Shown: positions 48,851 through 56,816 of the stretch, one piece after another | How the letters are laid out: each line of letters starts with the position of its first letter | Position numbering within the stretch: position 1 is the stretch's first letter | Source: Nitrospinota bacterium | GTDB lineage: Bacteria; Nitrospinota; Nitrospinia; Nitrospinales; VA-1 | Length of the DNA: 64,000 nucleotides | NCBI GenBank assembly: GCA_028345515.1 | Contig: JAOMDP010000010.1 | Span: forward strand, 563 to 64,562 | Reading direction: 5' to 3' | Program-made: the position numbers and the translations under genes | The notes under the pieces: generated by a model | The model's database searches: none | What the model saw: the letters and a program-made list of their open reading frames with translations, nothing else | Told to the model about the DNA's origin: nothing

Positions 48851-49544
48851 AAACCTCTTGCATCTCCTTAGTATAAGTTTCGCCTTTATTATAAACATAG
48901 AGTGGTAATTCGACTATTAAATCACTCTTTTTCCCTTTAATAGCATCTATGAGAAATATTTTGGCTTCTGCATTTTTTTTTCCGTGGATAAAGCGAATAC
49001 GACTTGGGAATAGCTTTTGATTTTCAAGTTCGCTTAATGTTTCCTGTAATCGGATGGGTGGGTAAGCCAGGGTTATATGGCCACCTTTTTTCAAAAAAGG
49101 TTTTGCTTTTTCGAGCATGTCTTGCAAATTGAGTTTCAACTCATGTCTTGCGATTGCTTTTCCTTCATCCAGATTCATACGACCTGAGTTTATTTTGTGA
49201 TAAGGCGGATTAGATATGATTAAGTCAAACTGTTCCCTGGGAAAGGTTAATCTTTTATCGAGAAAATCCTCATTCAAAATTTTTATTTTATTTTTATTTT
49301 TGGAAACATTTTGCTTAGCAACGGCGACAGCAGAACCTTGAATCTCTACTCCAGTGATTTTCATTTCAGATTCGCGATTAATCATAAGTAGAGGAATAAT
49401 ACCGCAACCGGTACCAATATCTAGAACCTCCTGTCCGGGACTAAATTTAGCAAAATCCACTAACAAAAAAGACTCAATAGAATAACGGTAACCGGAGTTG
49501 TTCTGATTAATGATCTGATTTTTAATAGATTTAGAAGGGGGCAT
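48801..49544 (-). CDS. N6-adenine methyltransferase, tRNA1(Val) m6A37 (TrmN6/YfiC)-like
   Basis: SAM motif DIGTGCGIIPL and the catalytic NPPY (FDLIISNPPYHK). Its 3' end overlaps the miaA start by about 50 nt. Confidence 0.6.
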   Translation of the reverse strand: MPPSKSIKNQIINQNNSGYRYSIESFLLVDFAKFSPGQEVLDIGTGCGIIPLLMINRESEMKITGVEIQGSAVAVAKQNVSKNKNKIKILNEDFLDKRLTFPREQFDLIISNPPYHKINSGRMNLDEGKAIARHELKLNLQDMLEKAKPFLKKGGHITLAYPPIRLQETLSELENQKLFPSRIRFIHGKKNAEAKIFLIDAIKGKKSDLIVELPLYVYNKGETYTKEMQEVYDSFNCVDGSDHIRQK

Positions 49545-49797
49545 GGGAAAAGGTAACTGGGCTATATTGTTCGCAAGTAATTTTATAGCATCGCAACTAT
49601 AGCATCAACCTTTTGTAATTTAGAACTATTTGTTAATAAATAGTTAATTGCAATGGACAGAGTTTTTCTTTTAAGTAAGGGCCCTTTTTGGAGTTGTATT
49701 TGATTAGTACCATTGCTTCAAAACTATCCATTAACAATTCTATATAAATGAAATAGGAGTTTTTATTCTAAAGCCTGATTGCAAATGAGGAATATTA

Positions 49798-50787
49798 TTA
49801 CTTTACGATAGATTTGAAAGCATAGCTTATCTTTTCCCAATTATCTTTGGCGGATAAAATTGTAGCAATCGGTTCTTTTTCATAGACAATTGGGTATTGC
49901 CTGAGGGTTATCAGAAATCCGTCTTCGGGTGATGTGATTATTTCAAGCCTTTTCCCGCTGTATAGATCGCGAACTTCCCCAATTTTTTGTCCTTTTTCTA
50001 ACTGGTTACCGACCTCAATTTCTTTGAGAAATATTCCTGCTGTATAAGTTTGTACCGATATTTCTTCATCAGATTTATAGATGCGGGTTTTGGTTTTATT
50101 TACGGTTTTGTTATCACGATTATCTTTTAGGATCCCTTCTGCTTTCATAAAGTTTAAAATCCCCTGAAATAGGATTTCGCATTGTTTTTGGTTGATGGTT
50201 CTAGGTGACCCTGCTGAAATTAAAACCGAAGAGATCTCCTGCTCTTGCCAGTGATGAGATAAGCTTACCTTTTGTGTTGACGAAAATTTTTGTTTTCGAC
50301 CGATTTCCATTTGTAGATCCTGGCATATTTTTTTTGTGCTGCTATTTGGTTTATGAATTTGGATGTGAGGTGCGTCTTCGTAATGCGGTGGAGCGGAAGA
50401 TAAAATTAGACCCCAGAATGAATCTTTTGTATGTTCCAAAATCGTAGATGCAATAGCTTCTGAGGTTTCGCCTTCTGGATTTCCAGGAAAAGCGAGGTCC
50501 ATATCCATCCCATCTAACGGCCATAATCGAGAGCCAGATAGGACAGCATTTGCATTAACCACTGGAAAAGTTTGCACTTGACCTGTGAGGTTATAATGAG
50601 GATCAATGCCTTCTGCAACGCTATCGAGAAATTGCGTGATATGAGAGTTTAAAAATAACCCATTGAGATGATCGCCTTGTAATCCACTGACAATAGATAA
50701 AGGTTCTCCAGATTTTCCCCAAGTATTTTTATAAATTTCTAGATTGCCTCCAAAGGGACTAGGTAATGTAAGTATTTTTTCTTTCAT
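49798..50787 (-). CDS. AstE/AspA-family paralogue with all catalytic/zinc residues substituted (probable pseudoenzyme)
   Basis: It aligns with the upstream paralogue but has LQGDHLNG, DMDLAFPG, LILSSAPP and VLISAG at the four signature positions. I prefer the ATG at 50787 (MKEKILTLPSPFG). The track's TTG at 50808 would overlap the upstream gene. Confidence 0.6.
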   Translation of the reverse strand: MKEKILTLPSPFGGNLEIYKNTWGKSGEPLSIVSGLQGDHLNGLFLNSHITQFLDSVAEGIDPHYNLTGQVQTFPVVNANAVLSGSRLWPLDGMDMDLAFPGNPEGETSEAIASTILEHTKDSFWGLILSSAPPHYEDAPHIQIHKPNSSTKKICQDLQMEIGRKQKFSSTQKVSLSHHWQEQEISSVLISAGSPRTINQKQCEILFQGILNFMKAEGILKDNRDNKTVNKTKTRIYKSDEEISVQTYTAGIFLKEIEVGNQLEKGQKIGEVRDLYSGKRLEIITSPEDGFLITLRQYPIVYEKEPIATILSAKDNWEKISYAFKSIVK

Positions 50788-50791
50788 TTTT

Positions 50792-51736
50792 TTAAATGAC
50801 CTTGGCAATGCGTGCCAACGAAGAACCTTTATGTGCTAGCGGATGTTCGCGAATAGTAAACAGTAAACCAGAACAGGGTGAAAAAATTTCCTCTAAAATG
50901 TGTCCGCACACTGGATCGATTAGTCTGCCAAGTTTTTCGCCCTCTGTTAGGACTTTTCCTATTTCAACCTGTTTGATAAATAGGCCAGAATACTGGGCTT
51001 GTATCATAACAACCTCCTCAGGTTGAACCAGTTTAGGTTTTTTTCCTGTCGGTTGAGTGATTTTGAGGGTTCCGGTGTCATGAAGCAGGTTTAGCATTCC
51101 ATTAAAAATCTGATCGTTATTGCTGGGGTGAATGCGAAGGCATATTCCTGTTTCGATGACCAAGGTAGGAGTTTTAGCCTTGTTTAGGTTGAATCCCAAA
51201 GTCGATGCGAAAATTTCTGCATTGGGATGAACCCATATGAGATCAACATTACATTTTTTTGCCAGTGGTAGTAGCTTTTTTTCAAAACCTTTAATAATTC
51301 GTATTTGAGGTAATTCCATTAACTGTAAATTACTGGAATGAAAATCGATCACAATATCTGAAGAGGATTTCAAATCTTGAAAAAGAGTTTGTGATATTTC
51401 CTCTGCAATTGAATTGGTTTGATTTAAGCCAAACGTACGGTTGATATCTAGGCTGAAGAAAGGCCAAAGTCGAGTTGCATTTTCTAAGGCCTGTGGATTC
51501 ACTGCTGGGTAAATATTTATTTCTCCTTGAATTGCTTCTGGATTTGAAATCTCCAGTTCCATTAAGTAACGCAGTAACTTATGGCAAATATAAAGTCCTT
51601 CCAATTCATCACCGTGAAGTCCTGCGACGAAAGAAACTCGAGGCTTATTATCAGATTTCGGAGAAAAAATATGTTTAAGAATCTCAACCGAAGGACCCAG
51701 TGGACTTTTAATAGAAAGGATACGTTGAGTTTGCAC
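50792..51736 (-). CDS. Succinylglutamate desuccinylase/aspartoacylase (AstE/AspA) family zinc hydrolase
   Basis: LHGDELEG, DINRTF, DFHSS and VIETG are present in canonical order. The start is 4 nt after the response-regulator stop. Confidence 0.75.
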   Translation of the reverse strand: MQTQRILSIKSPLGPSVEILKHIFSPKSDNKPRVSFVAGLHGDELEGLYICHKLLRYLMELEISNPEAIQGEINIYPAVNPQALENATRLWPFFSLDINRTFGLNQTNSIAEEISQTLFQDLKSSSDIVIDFHSSNLQLMELPQIRIIKGFEKKLLPLAKKCNVDLIWVHPNAEIFASTLGFNLNKAKTPTLVIETGICLRIHPSNNDQIFNGMLNLLHDTGTLKITQPTGKKPKLVQPEEVVMIQAQYSGLFIKQVEIGKVLTEGEKLGRLIDPVCGHILEEIFSPCSGLLFTIREHPLAHKGSSLARIAKVI

Positions 51737-51740
51737 GGAT

Positions 51741-53189
51741 TTATTGGATGCGGCCTTTTTTTATTTCTATGTTCATGGCATCTATTTTTCTTTTTAAGGT
51801 ATTGCGGTTGATGCCTAGAGCCTTTGCAGCAGCTACTTGTTTTCCAGAATATTTTCCGAGAACGATTTCAAAAAGATGCTTTTCTAATTTTTGGATGAGG
51901 GTTTCATATAATATTCCTTCCTTTTCAAGGTTTTGGTTTTGCAAAAAGTCTTGAATGAGTTGATTTAGCCTTTTATCCCATTGGCTGGGAGAATATCCTT
52001 TTTCCTGAAGGTGAGAAGGAAGGTGTTCTGGAAGGACTGGGCCGGAAAGAGCTAGCATCACTGCTCGTTTAATAACGTTTTCCAATTCTCGAATATTACC
52101 TTGCCAGTGGTAGTTACTTAAAATGATTTCTGCATCGGTAGAAAGGTATACTGGGCCGCGAGCTAATGATTTTGTATATCGGCTAATAAAATAATTAGCC
52201 AGCAGGGGCACGTCTTCGATCCTTTCTCTTAATGGCGGCATATTTATATGAATAACATTAAGCCGGTGGTATAAATCTTCACGAAAACTTTTCAGCTTGA
52301 TCATATTTAAAAGGTTCTGGTTAGTGGCAGTTATGATCCGTACGTTGGTGCGCAGAGGTTCTTTACCTCCGACTCTATAGTATTCATTGTTTTGTAAAAC
52401 ACGAAGTATTTTTGCTTGCAAAGGCAATTCCATGTCACCAATTTCATCTAGAAACAAAGTGCCTCCATCAGCTTGTTGAAACTTTCCAGTTTTTGTCTCT
52501 ACCGCCCCCGTAAAAGCTCCCCGTTCATGCCCAAACAACTCGGATTCAAGTAGTTCCCTAGCAATGGCAGCACAATTAATACAGATAAAGGGTTTGTCCT
52601 TTCTTTGTGAGTATCGGTGTAGAGTACTGGCGATCATTTCTTTGCCTGTTCCACTTTCACCTGTTATGAGAATGGACAAATCGGAGTCTGCAGATTTGCC
52701 GATAGTTTTGAAAATTTCTTGCATGCTTTTGCTTTTTCCAATAATGTGATCTTCATCTTTTCCACCTTCAATAGTGCGCCTATGCGCTTCATCTACCTCC
52801 TGAGGGAGAGAAAAAGATTGTGCGGTTTCGGCCTTTTCTACTAAATTATATACATCGTCAAAGTCGAAAGGTTTTGAGAGGTAGTCATAAGCTCCTAAAC
52901 GCATAGCCTCTATAGTATTGTTCATGGAGTCCTGAGCGGTCATTATCACGATTTTAAGGTTTGGGGAAATTTGTCGAGATTTTTCCATCAATTCAAGCCC
53001 GCTAATACCTTCCATGAAAATATCTGAAAACATCAAAAGATATTCGTTTTTTTTGAGCTGGTCGAGCGCTTTTTCGCCGCTAGTTGCAGTGTCCACAATG
53101 AAGTTATTTTTTTCCAGACCTTTTTTCAAGACCCAGAGAATGTTTTCTTCATCATCGACAATGAGAATTTTATTTTTCTTAGAATTCAT
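51741..53189 (-). CDS. Sigma-54-dependent response regulator (NtrC family)
   Basis: Receiver domain ILIVDDEENI, AAA+ Walker A GESGTGKE, the sigma54-contact loop GAFTGA, and a C-terminal Fis-type HTH (AAKALGINRNTLKRKI). Confidence 0.93.
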   Translation of the reverse strand: MNSKKNKILIVDDEENILWVLKKGLEKNNFIVDTATSGEKALDQLKKNEYLLMFSDIFMEGISGLELMEKSRQISPNLKIVIMTAQDSMNNTIEAMRLGAYDYLSKPFDFDDVYNLVEKAETAQSFSLPQEVDEAHRRTIEGGKDEDHIIGKSKSMQEIFKTIGKSADSDLSILITGESGTGKEMIASTLHRYSQRKDKPFICINCAAIARELLESELFGHERGAFTGAVETKTGKFQQADGGTLFLDEIGDMELPLQAKILRVLQNNEYYRVGGKEPLRTNVRIITATNQNLLNMIKLKSFREDLYHRLNVIHINMPPLRERIEDVPLLANYFISRYTKSLARGPVYLSTDAEIILSNYHWQGNIRELENVIKRAVMLALSGPVLPEHLPSHLQEKGYSPSQWDKRLNQLIQDFLQNQNLEKEGILYETLIQKLEKHLFEIVLGKYSGKQVAAAKALGINRNTLKRKIDAMNIEIKKGRIQ

Positions 53190-53201
53190 TCCGCTATTTT
53201 A

Positions 53202-54290
53202 TCATCTCTGGCGAATAGGTAGAAACACTTGCACGGTGGTTCCCAGCCCTTTTTCGGAAGTAATTTTAATTTTCCCTTGATGGTTTTCCACAATTTTTAA
53301 AGAGATCGGTAACCCCAATCCACTTCCCTTATTTTTAGTTGTATGAAACGGTGTGAACAATTTTTTTTGAGTTGCTTCATCCATGCCTTCTCCAGAATCT
53401 ATGATTTCCACTGCTATATTTTTCCTAGGCACAGTTCCTATAGGAGTTTTTATAGCAAAACCCGAACTTAGTCGGGTAACAATTTGTAGGGTGCCGCCAT
53501 CTCTAGAAGCTTCGATGGCATTTTTGATTAAATTCAGAAACACCTGCTTTAGTTGATTTTCATCGGCTTCAATGAGTGGTAAACTAGGATCGTATACTTG
53601 TTGAAACCGACCATTTTTTCGGATAAGTGTTTCCTTTTCTAGCATCAAAATTTCTTCAAGAACTTTATGTATATTTGTGTCTTTTAGTTTTAGCTCGACG
53701 GGTTTTGACAGTTCCATCATCCTTTTAACCAATAAATTGATTCGATCCACTTCATTAACGACTATGTCAAGATATTCACAATGCATCTTTTTTTTTATGT
53801 CTTGACGTAATAATTGAGCAGAGCCACGGATACCACCTAGAGGGTTTCTAATTTCATGAGCTAGTCCCATTGCTAAAGCGCTAAGATTGGTCAAATGATC
53901 TGTGGGACGTTGTTGCTCTTCCAATTCACGAATTAGGCTCATATTTTTTATAAGTATAACGACACCTTGAATAGAATCATTAGATTCAAGGTAAGGCGAT
54001 AAAGTGAGGCTGACGGGAAATTGCATTGATGCAGTTTTTCGCACACCCTTTGCTTCCAAATCATGGTAGCAAGCTCCAGTAACAAGAACTTGGCGAACTT
54101 TGTCGATGAGTTTTGGTTGTCTTGGGAAAAGTTCTTCCAAATGTCTGTTGGCAATTGCATCTCTGGATTTATGAAACAAATCTTCAATGGCTAGATTACT
54201 ATGTAAAATATCAAGCGACGGGGATACTAGAATTAATCCATCTATAAGGGAAAGAAAAATATTTTGATGTATTCGGTCAGGTTCTTTCAT
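53202..54290 (-). CDS. PAS-domain sensor histidine kinase (NtrB-like, cytoplasmic)
   Basis: H-box LAHEIRNPLGG, N-box LIKNAIEA, G-boxes DSGEGM and GSGLGL. No TM segments. Confidence 0.9.
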   Translation of the reverse strand: MKEPDRIHQNIFLSLIDGLILVSPSLDILHSNLAIEDLFHKSRDAIANRHLEELFPRQPKLIDKVRQVLVTGACYHDLEAKGVRKTASMQFPVSLTLSPYLESNDSIQGVVILIKNMSLIRELEEQQRPTDHLTNLSALAMGLAHEIRNPLGGIRGSAQLLRQDIKKKMHCEYLDIVVNEVDRINLLVKRMMELSKPVELKLKDTNIHKVLEEILMLEKETLIRKNGRFQQVYDPSLPLIEADENQLKQVFLNLIKNAIEASRDGGTLQIVTRLSSGFAIKTPIGTVPRKNIAVEIIDSGEGMDEATQKKLFTPFHTTKNKGSGLGLPISLKIVENHQGKIKITSEKGLGTTVQVFLPIRQR

Positions 54291-54299
54291 ATGGCTGGG

Positions 54300-54698
54300 C
54301 TATTTGGAACCCTTGGCCTTTTTGGATTTTCCGCTTGAATAAGGATTTTTTGGACTTGGTTTTTTAGTTGGGGCCTTTGTGGAAACGGCTTTCTCTGTTT
54401 TTTCTGTTGCCGGAGCTTTGGTATCTGGTGCTGGTACCTTCGAGGCGTCGGCTACCTGACTTGATTGTTTACTTTCTTGTTCCCAGCCTTTTTTGCGTGC
54501 TTCTGAAGGATAATCGGAAGTATACCATCCGGAACCTTTGAGAATAAACCCTGACGCAGAGACTACTCGTTGCACCTTACCGTTATCTTTATCGTCACAG
54601 CCTAATCCGCTGCAAGTTTTTAGAGGTTTGGCTGAGATATTTTGCATTGCCTCAAAAGTAACACCGCATTTTTTACATTCATATTCATAAATTGGCAT
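54300..54698 (-). CDS. FmdB-family zinc-ribbon protein with a Lys/Pro/Ala-rich tail
   Basis: MPIYEYECKKCG with a second Cys pair at TCSGLGC. I prefer the ATG at 54698 to the track start at 54749. Confidence 0.8.
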   Translation of the reverse strand: MPIYEYECKKCGVTFEAMQNISAKPLKTCSGLGCDDKDNGKVQRVVSASGFILKGSGWYTSDYPSEARKKGWEQESKQSSQVADASKVPAPDTKAPATEKTEKAVSTKAPTKKPSPKNPYSSGKSKKAKGSK

Positions 54699-54811
54699 AA
54701 ATAATACACTCCATGACTTAAATTGGTCTCCTAGATTTATGAGTAGCAAATAAAACTTACAACCCGGTATAGCAAATTAATGGATCTTTATTTGCAGAAC
54801 AAAAACCTGTT

Positions 54812-55729
54812 TTAAACAGGGGTGAGCCATTTTCTGAATTTCGAATTGTTGCCACGGGCAATTTCAAAAAAGGTTTGCTGGATTTTATCAGTTATAGGCC
54901 CTTTCTTGCCTGCTCCGATGGTTCGGCTATCCACTTCTCGGACAGGAGTAATTTCTGCAGCGGTTCCAGTCAGAAAAATTTCTTCGGCAATATAAAGCTC
55001 GTCACGGGTAATATTCCTTTCTGTTACCCCTATATCTAGTTCTTTACAGATTTTAATGACTGAATCACGCGTGATCCCATCCAGGTTAGAGCAGGATAGG
55101 TCGGGGGTATGCAGTTTGCCATTTGAATAAATAAAAATATTTTCACCTGAGCCTTCAGACACGTATCCATTAGGATCGAGCAAAATTCCTTCATCGTATC
55201 CATCCCGATGAGCTTCGGCCTTGGCCAATATGGAGTTTATGTAGTAACCACAAGCTTTGGCTTTCGTCATGGTGATGTTTATATGGTGACGGGTGAAGGA
55301 TGAAATGCGAACGCGGATCCCTTTGTTAAGTCCATCCTCACCCAAATAGGTTCCCCATGGCCATGCCGCAATGGCACAGCGAACATCAACGCCTTGTGGG
55401 TTGAGCCCCATTTTATTGTCCCCCAGAAATATGATTGGACGGATATAGCATTCCTCCAACTTATTTTCACGAACAACTTGAATGATAGCATTGGTGATTT
55501 CTTTATTGGAAAAAGGTACTTCAATTCCTAGAATAATAGCAGATTGGAAGAGCCTATCGACATGTTCTTGGAGCCGAAAAATTACGGACTTTTTGTCTTT
55601 GGAATTGTAGCAACGAATTCCTTCAAAAACCCCCAACCCATAATGAAGGGTGTGAGTTAGAACATGGACATTGGCTTCGTGCCAAGGAAGTAAGTTCCCG
55701 TCCATCCAGATTTTTTCTGATTTTTCCAA
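54812..55729 (-). CDS. ilvE: Branched-chain-amino-acid aminotransferase (class IV)
   Basis: IWMDGNLLPWHEANVHVLTHTLHYGLGVFEGIRCY and GITRDSV. TTG start. Confidence 0.93.
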   Translation of the reverse strand: MEKSEKIWMDGNLLPWHEANVHVLTHTLHYGLGVFEGIRCYNSKDKKSVIFRLQEHVDRLFQSAIILGIEVPFSNKEITNAIIQVVRENKLEECYIRPIIFLGDNKMGLNPQGVDVRCAIAAWPWGTYLGEDGLNKGIRVRISSFTRHHINITMTKAKACGYYINSILAKAEAHRDGYDEGILLDPNGYVSEGSGENIFIYSNGKLHTPDLSCSNLDGITRDSVIKICKELDIGVTERNITRDELYIAEEIFLTGTAAEITPVREVDSRTIGAGKKGPITDKIQQTFFEIARGNNSKFRKWLTPV

Positions 55730-55830
55730 AGTAGGCTTTTAATTAAAGGGATATAAGTGTATTTAGCTTAAAATAGTATAAGTTTAGATATTATTTTGCC
55801 TTAGTCTGAAAATCAAGGCAAATAATTGCG

Positions 55831-55859
55831 TTGACATGCTATTATAGGTTTGATACTTT
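55831..55859 (+). promoter_or_regulatory. Candidate sigma70-type promoter for the tRNA pair
   Basis: TTGACA (55831-55836), a 17-nt spacer, then TACTTT (55854-55859), 28 nt before tRNA-Lys. The -10 element is weak. Confidence 0.35.
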
Positions 55860-55887
55860 TCACGTTTTGTCTTTGCTGTTATAAGAA

Positions 55888-55961
55888 GGGGCCGCTAGCT
55901 CAGTTGGTAGAGCACTTGACTTTTAATCAAGTGGTCGAAGGTTCGATCCCTTCGCGGCTCA
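55888..55961 (+). tRNA. tRNA-Lys (anticodon TTT)
   Basis: Folded by hand. Acceptor GGGCCGC/GCGGCTC, D stem GCTC/GAGC, anticodon stem CTTGA/TCAAG with loop CTTTTAA, T arm GAAGG-TTCGATC-CCTTC. CCA is not encoded. Confidence 0.93.
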
Positions 55962-55993
55962 CTTCTTAACTTTCTATTTTCAATAAATTGCCT

Positions 55994-56071
55994 GTCCCCA
56001 TCGTCTAGCCTGGCCCAGGACACCGGCCTTTCACGCCGGCGACGCGGGTTCGAATCCCGCTGGGGACGCCA
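55994..56071 (+). tRNA. tRNA-Glu (anticodon TTC)
   Basis: Acceptor GTCCCCA/TGGGGAC, anticodon stem CCGGC/GCCGG with loop CTTTCAC, T arm GCGGG-TTCGAAT-CCCGC. 3' CCA is encoded. It is very similar to E. coli tRNA-Glu. Confidence 0.95.
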
Positions 56072-56119
56072 ATTTACAATTGCTTGCAATTACAGCCCAG
56101 GTATTGTTTTAGGAAAGTG

Positions 56120-56551
56120 CTATCTATTTACCCCCTCTCCGTTCAAAAGCTCTTTTCCAAAAGTGTTACTGGCAACACCTATCAATAAATATTCAAGAAA
56201 AGTTAACCGTGTTGGGCCAAACTCTTCCCAGATCCCAATATCATTTCTGTCCCATGCTTTTGCCCAAAAGAAAATATCCTTTCTTAACTTTGGTTGATTG
56301 ACAGGTGAGTGTTCAAATATTACATTTGACCAATCTTTGTACTTTTTTTGAATTTTATCTTCAGCATGACCACAAGTCGCTGCACTAAGATCACCAATAT
56401 GATATTGGTAATTATCTCCCCAACGAGCAAATTTATCTTTCCTAGAAGCAAGGTTCTTTAAATTTTCCGAAAGATTACCGTTTTTCCCCACGGTCTCTGC
56501 CTTGCCGATATAAAGGGGAATGATTCTTTTTGAAGAATCTTTTTTAAGCAT
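56120..56551 (-). CDS. GIY-YIG nuclease-domain protein lacking the first (GIY) strand as annotated
   Basis: PLYIGKAE (YIG), ASRKDKFARWGDNYQYH (Arg/His region), and FLEYLLIGV...ELLNGEG (E-x2-LI ... N). The same frame upstream of the ATG reads ...CFDGLIYI. See findings. Confidence 0.6.
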   Translation of the reverse strand: MLKKDSSKRIIPLYIGKAETVGKNGNLSENLKNLASRKDKFARWGDNYQYHIGDLSAATCGHAEDKIQKKYKDWSNVIFEHSPVNQPKLRKDIFFWAKAWDRNDIGIWEEFGPTRLTFLEYLLIGVASNTFGKELLNGEGVNR

Positions 56552-56799
56552 TATATAAATAAGACCGTCAAAGCATTGATTTCTTGCATTATAATCTCTA
56601 ACAAGTGTTTAGTTTCGCGTATCACAAACTCTTCCATCTCATCACTACGTTTTAAAATTTTACGATCGTTTTGACCATATAGTTTGGTTTCAACAATTAA
56701 GTTTTTAGACCGTTTAAAAAGTGGAACCATAGATTTATAGATTTCAAACCTATTAGCAAATTGATTCGAAAACTTCTTAGAAGGAAAGACTGTTTTCAT
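56551..56799 (-). CDS. Hypothetical 82-aa ORF, possibly the N-terminal part of a disrupted GIY-YIG nuclease gene
   Basis: Its stop overlaps the next ATG (TAATG). It starts 17 nt after the glycosyltransferase stop. No recognisable motif and a weak SD. Confidence 0.4.
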   Translation of the reverse strand: MKTVFPSKKFSNQFANRFEIYKSMVPLFKRSKNLIVETKLYGQNDRKILKRSDEMEEFVIRETKHLLEIIMQEINALTVLFI

Positions 56800-56816
56800 A
56801 TGAATTTAACCAAGTA

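Noticed and set aside
55895-56089. 64-aa minus-strand ORF from the track
   Set aside because: It lies entirely antisense to the two hand-folded tRNA genes (tRNA-Lys, tRNA-Glu). It is an Arg/Pro-rich translation typical of a reverse-complemented tRNA and is spurious.
56552-56608. Programmed -1 ribosomal frameshift joining the 82-aa ORF to the GIY-YIG ORF
   Set aside because: There is no X-XXY-YYZ slippery heptamer and no obvious downstream stimulatory structure in the permissible window. A mutational or sequencing indel is more parsimonious.
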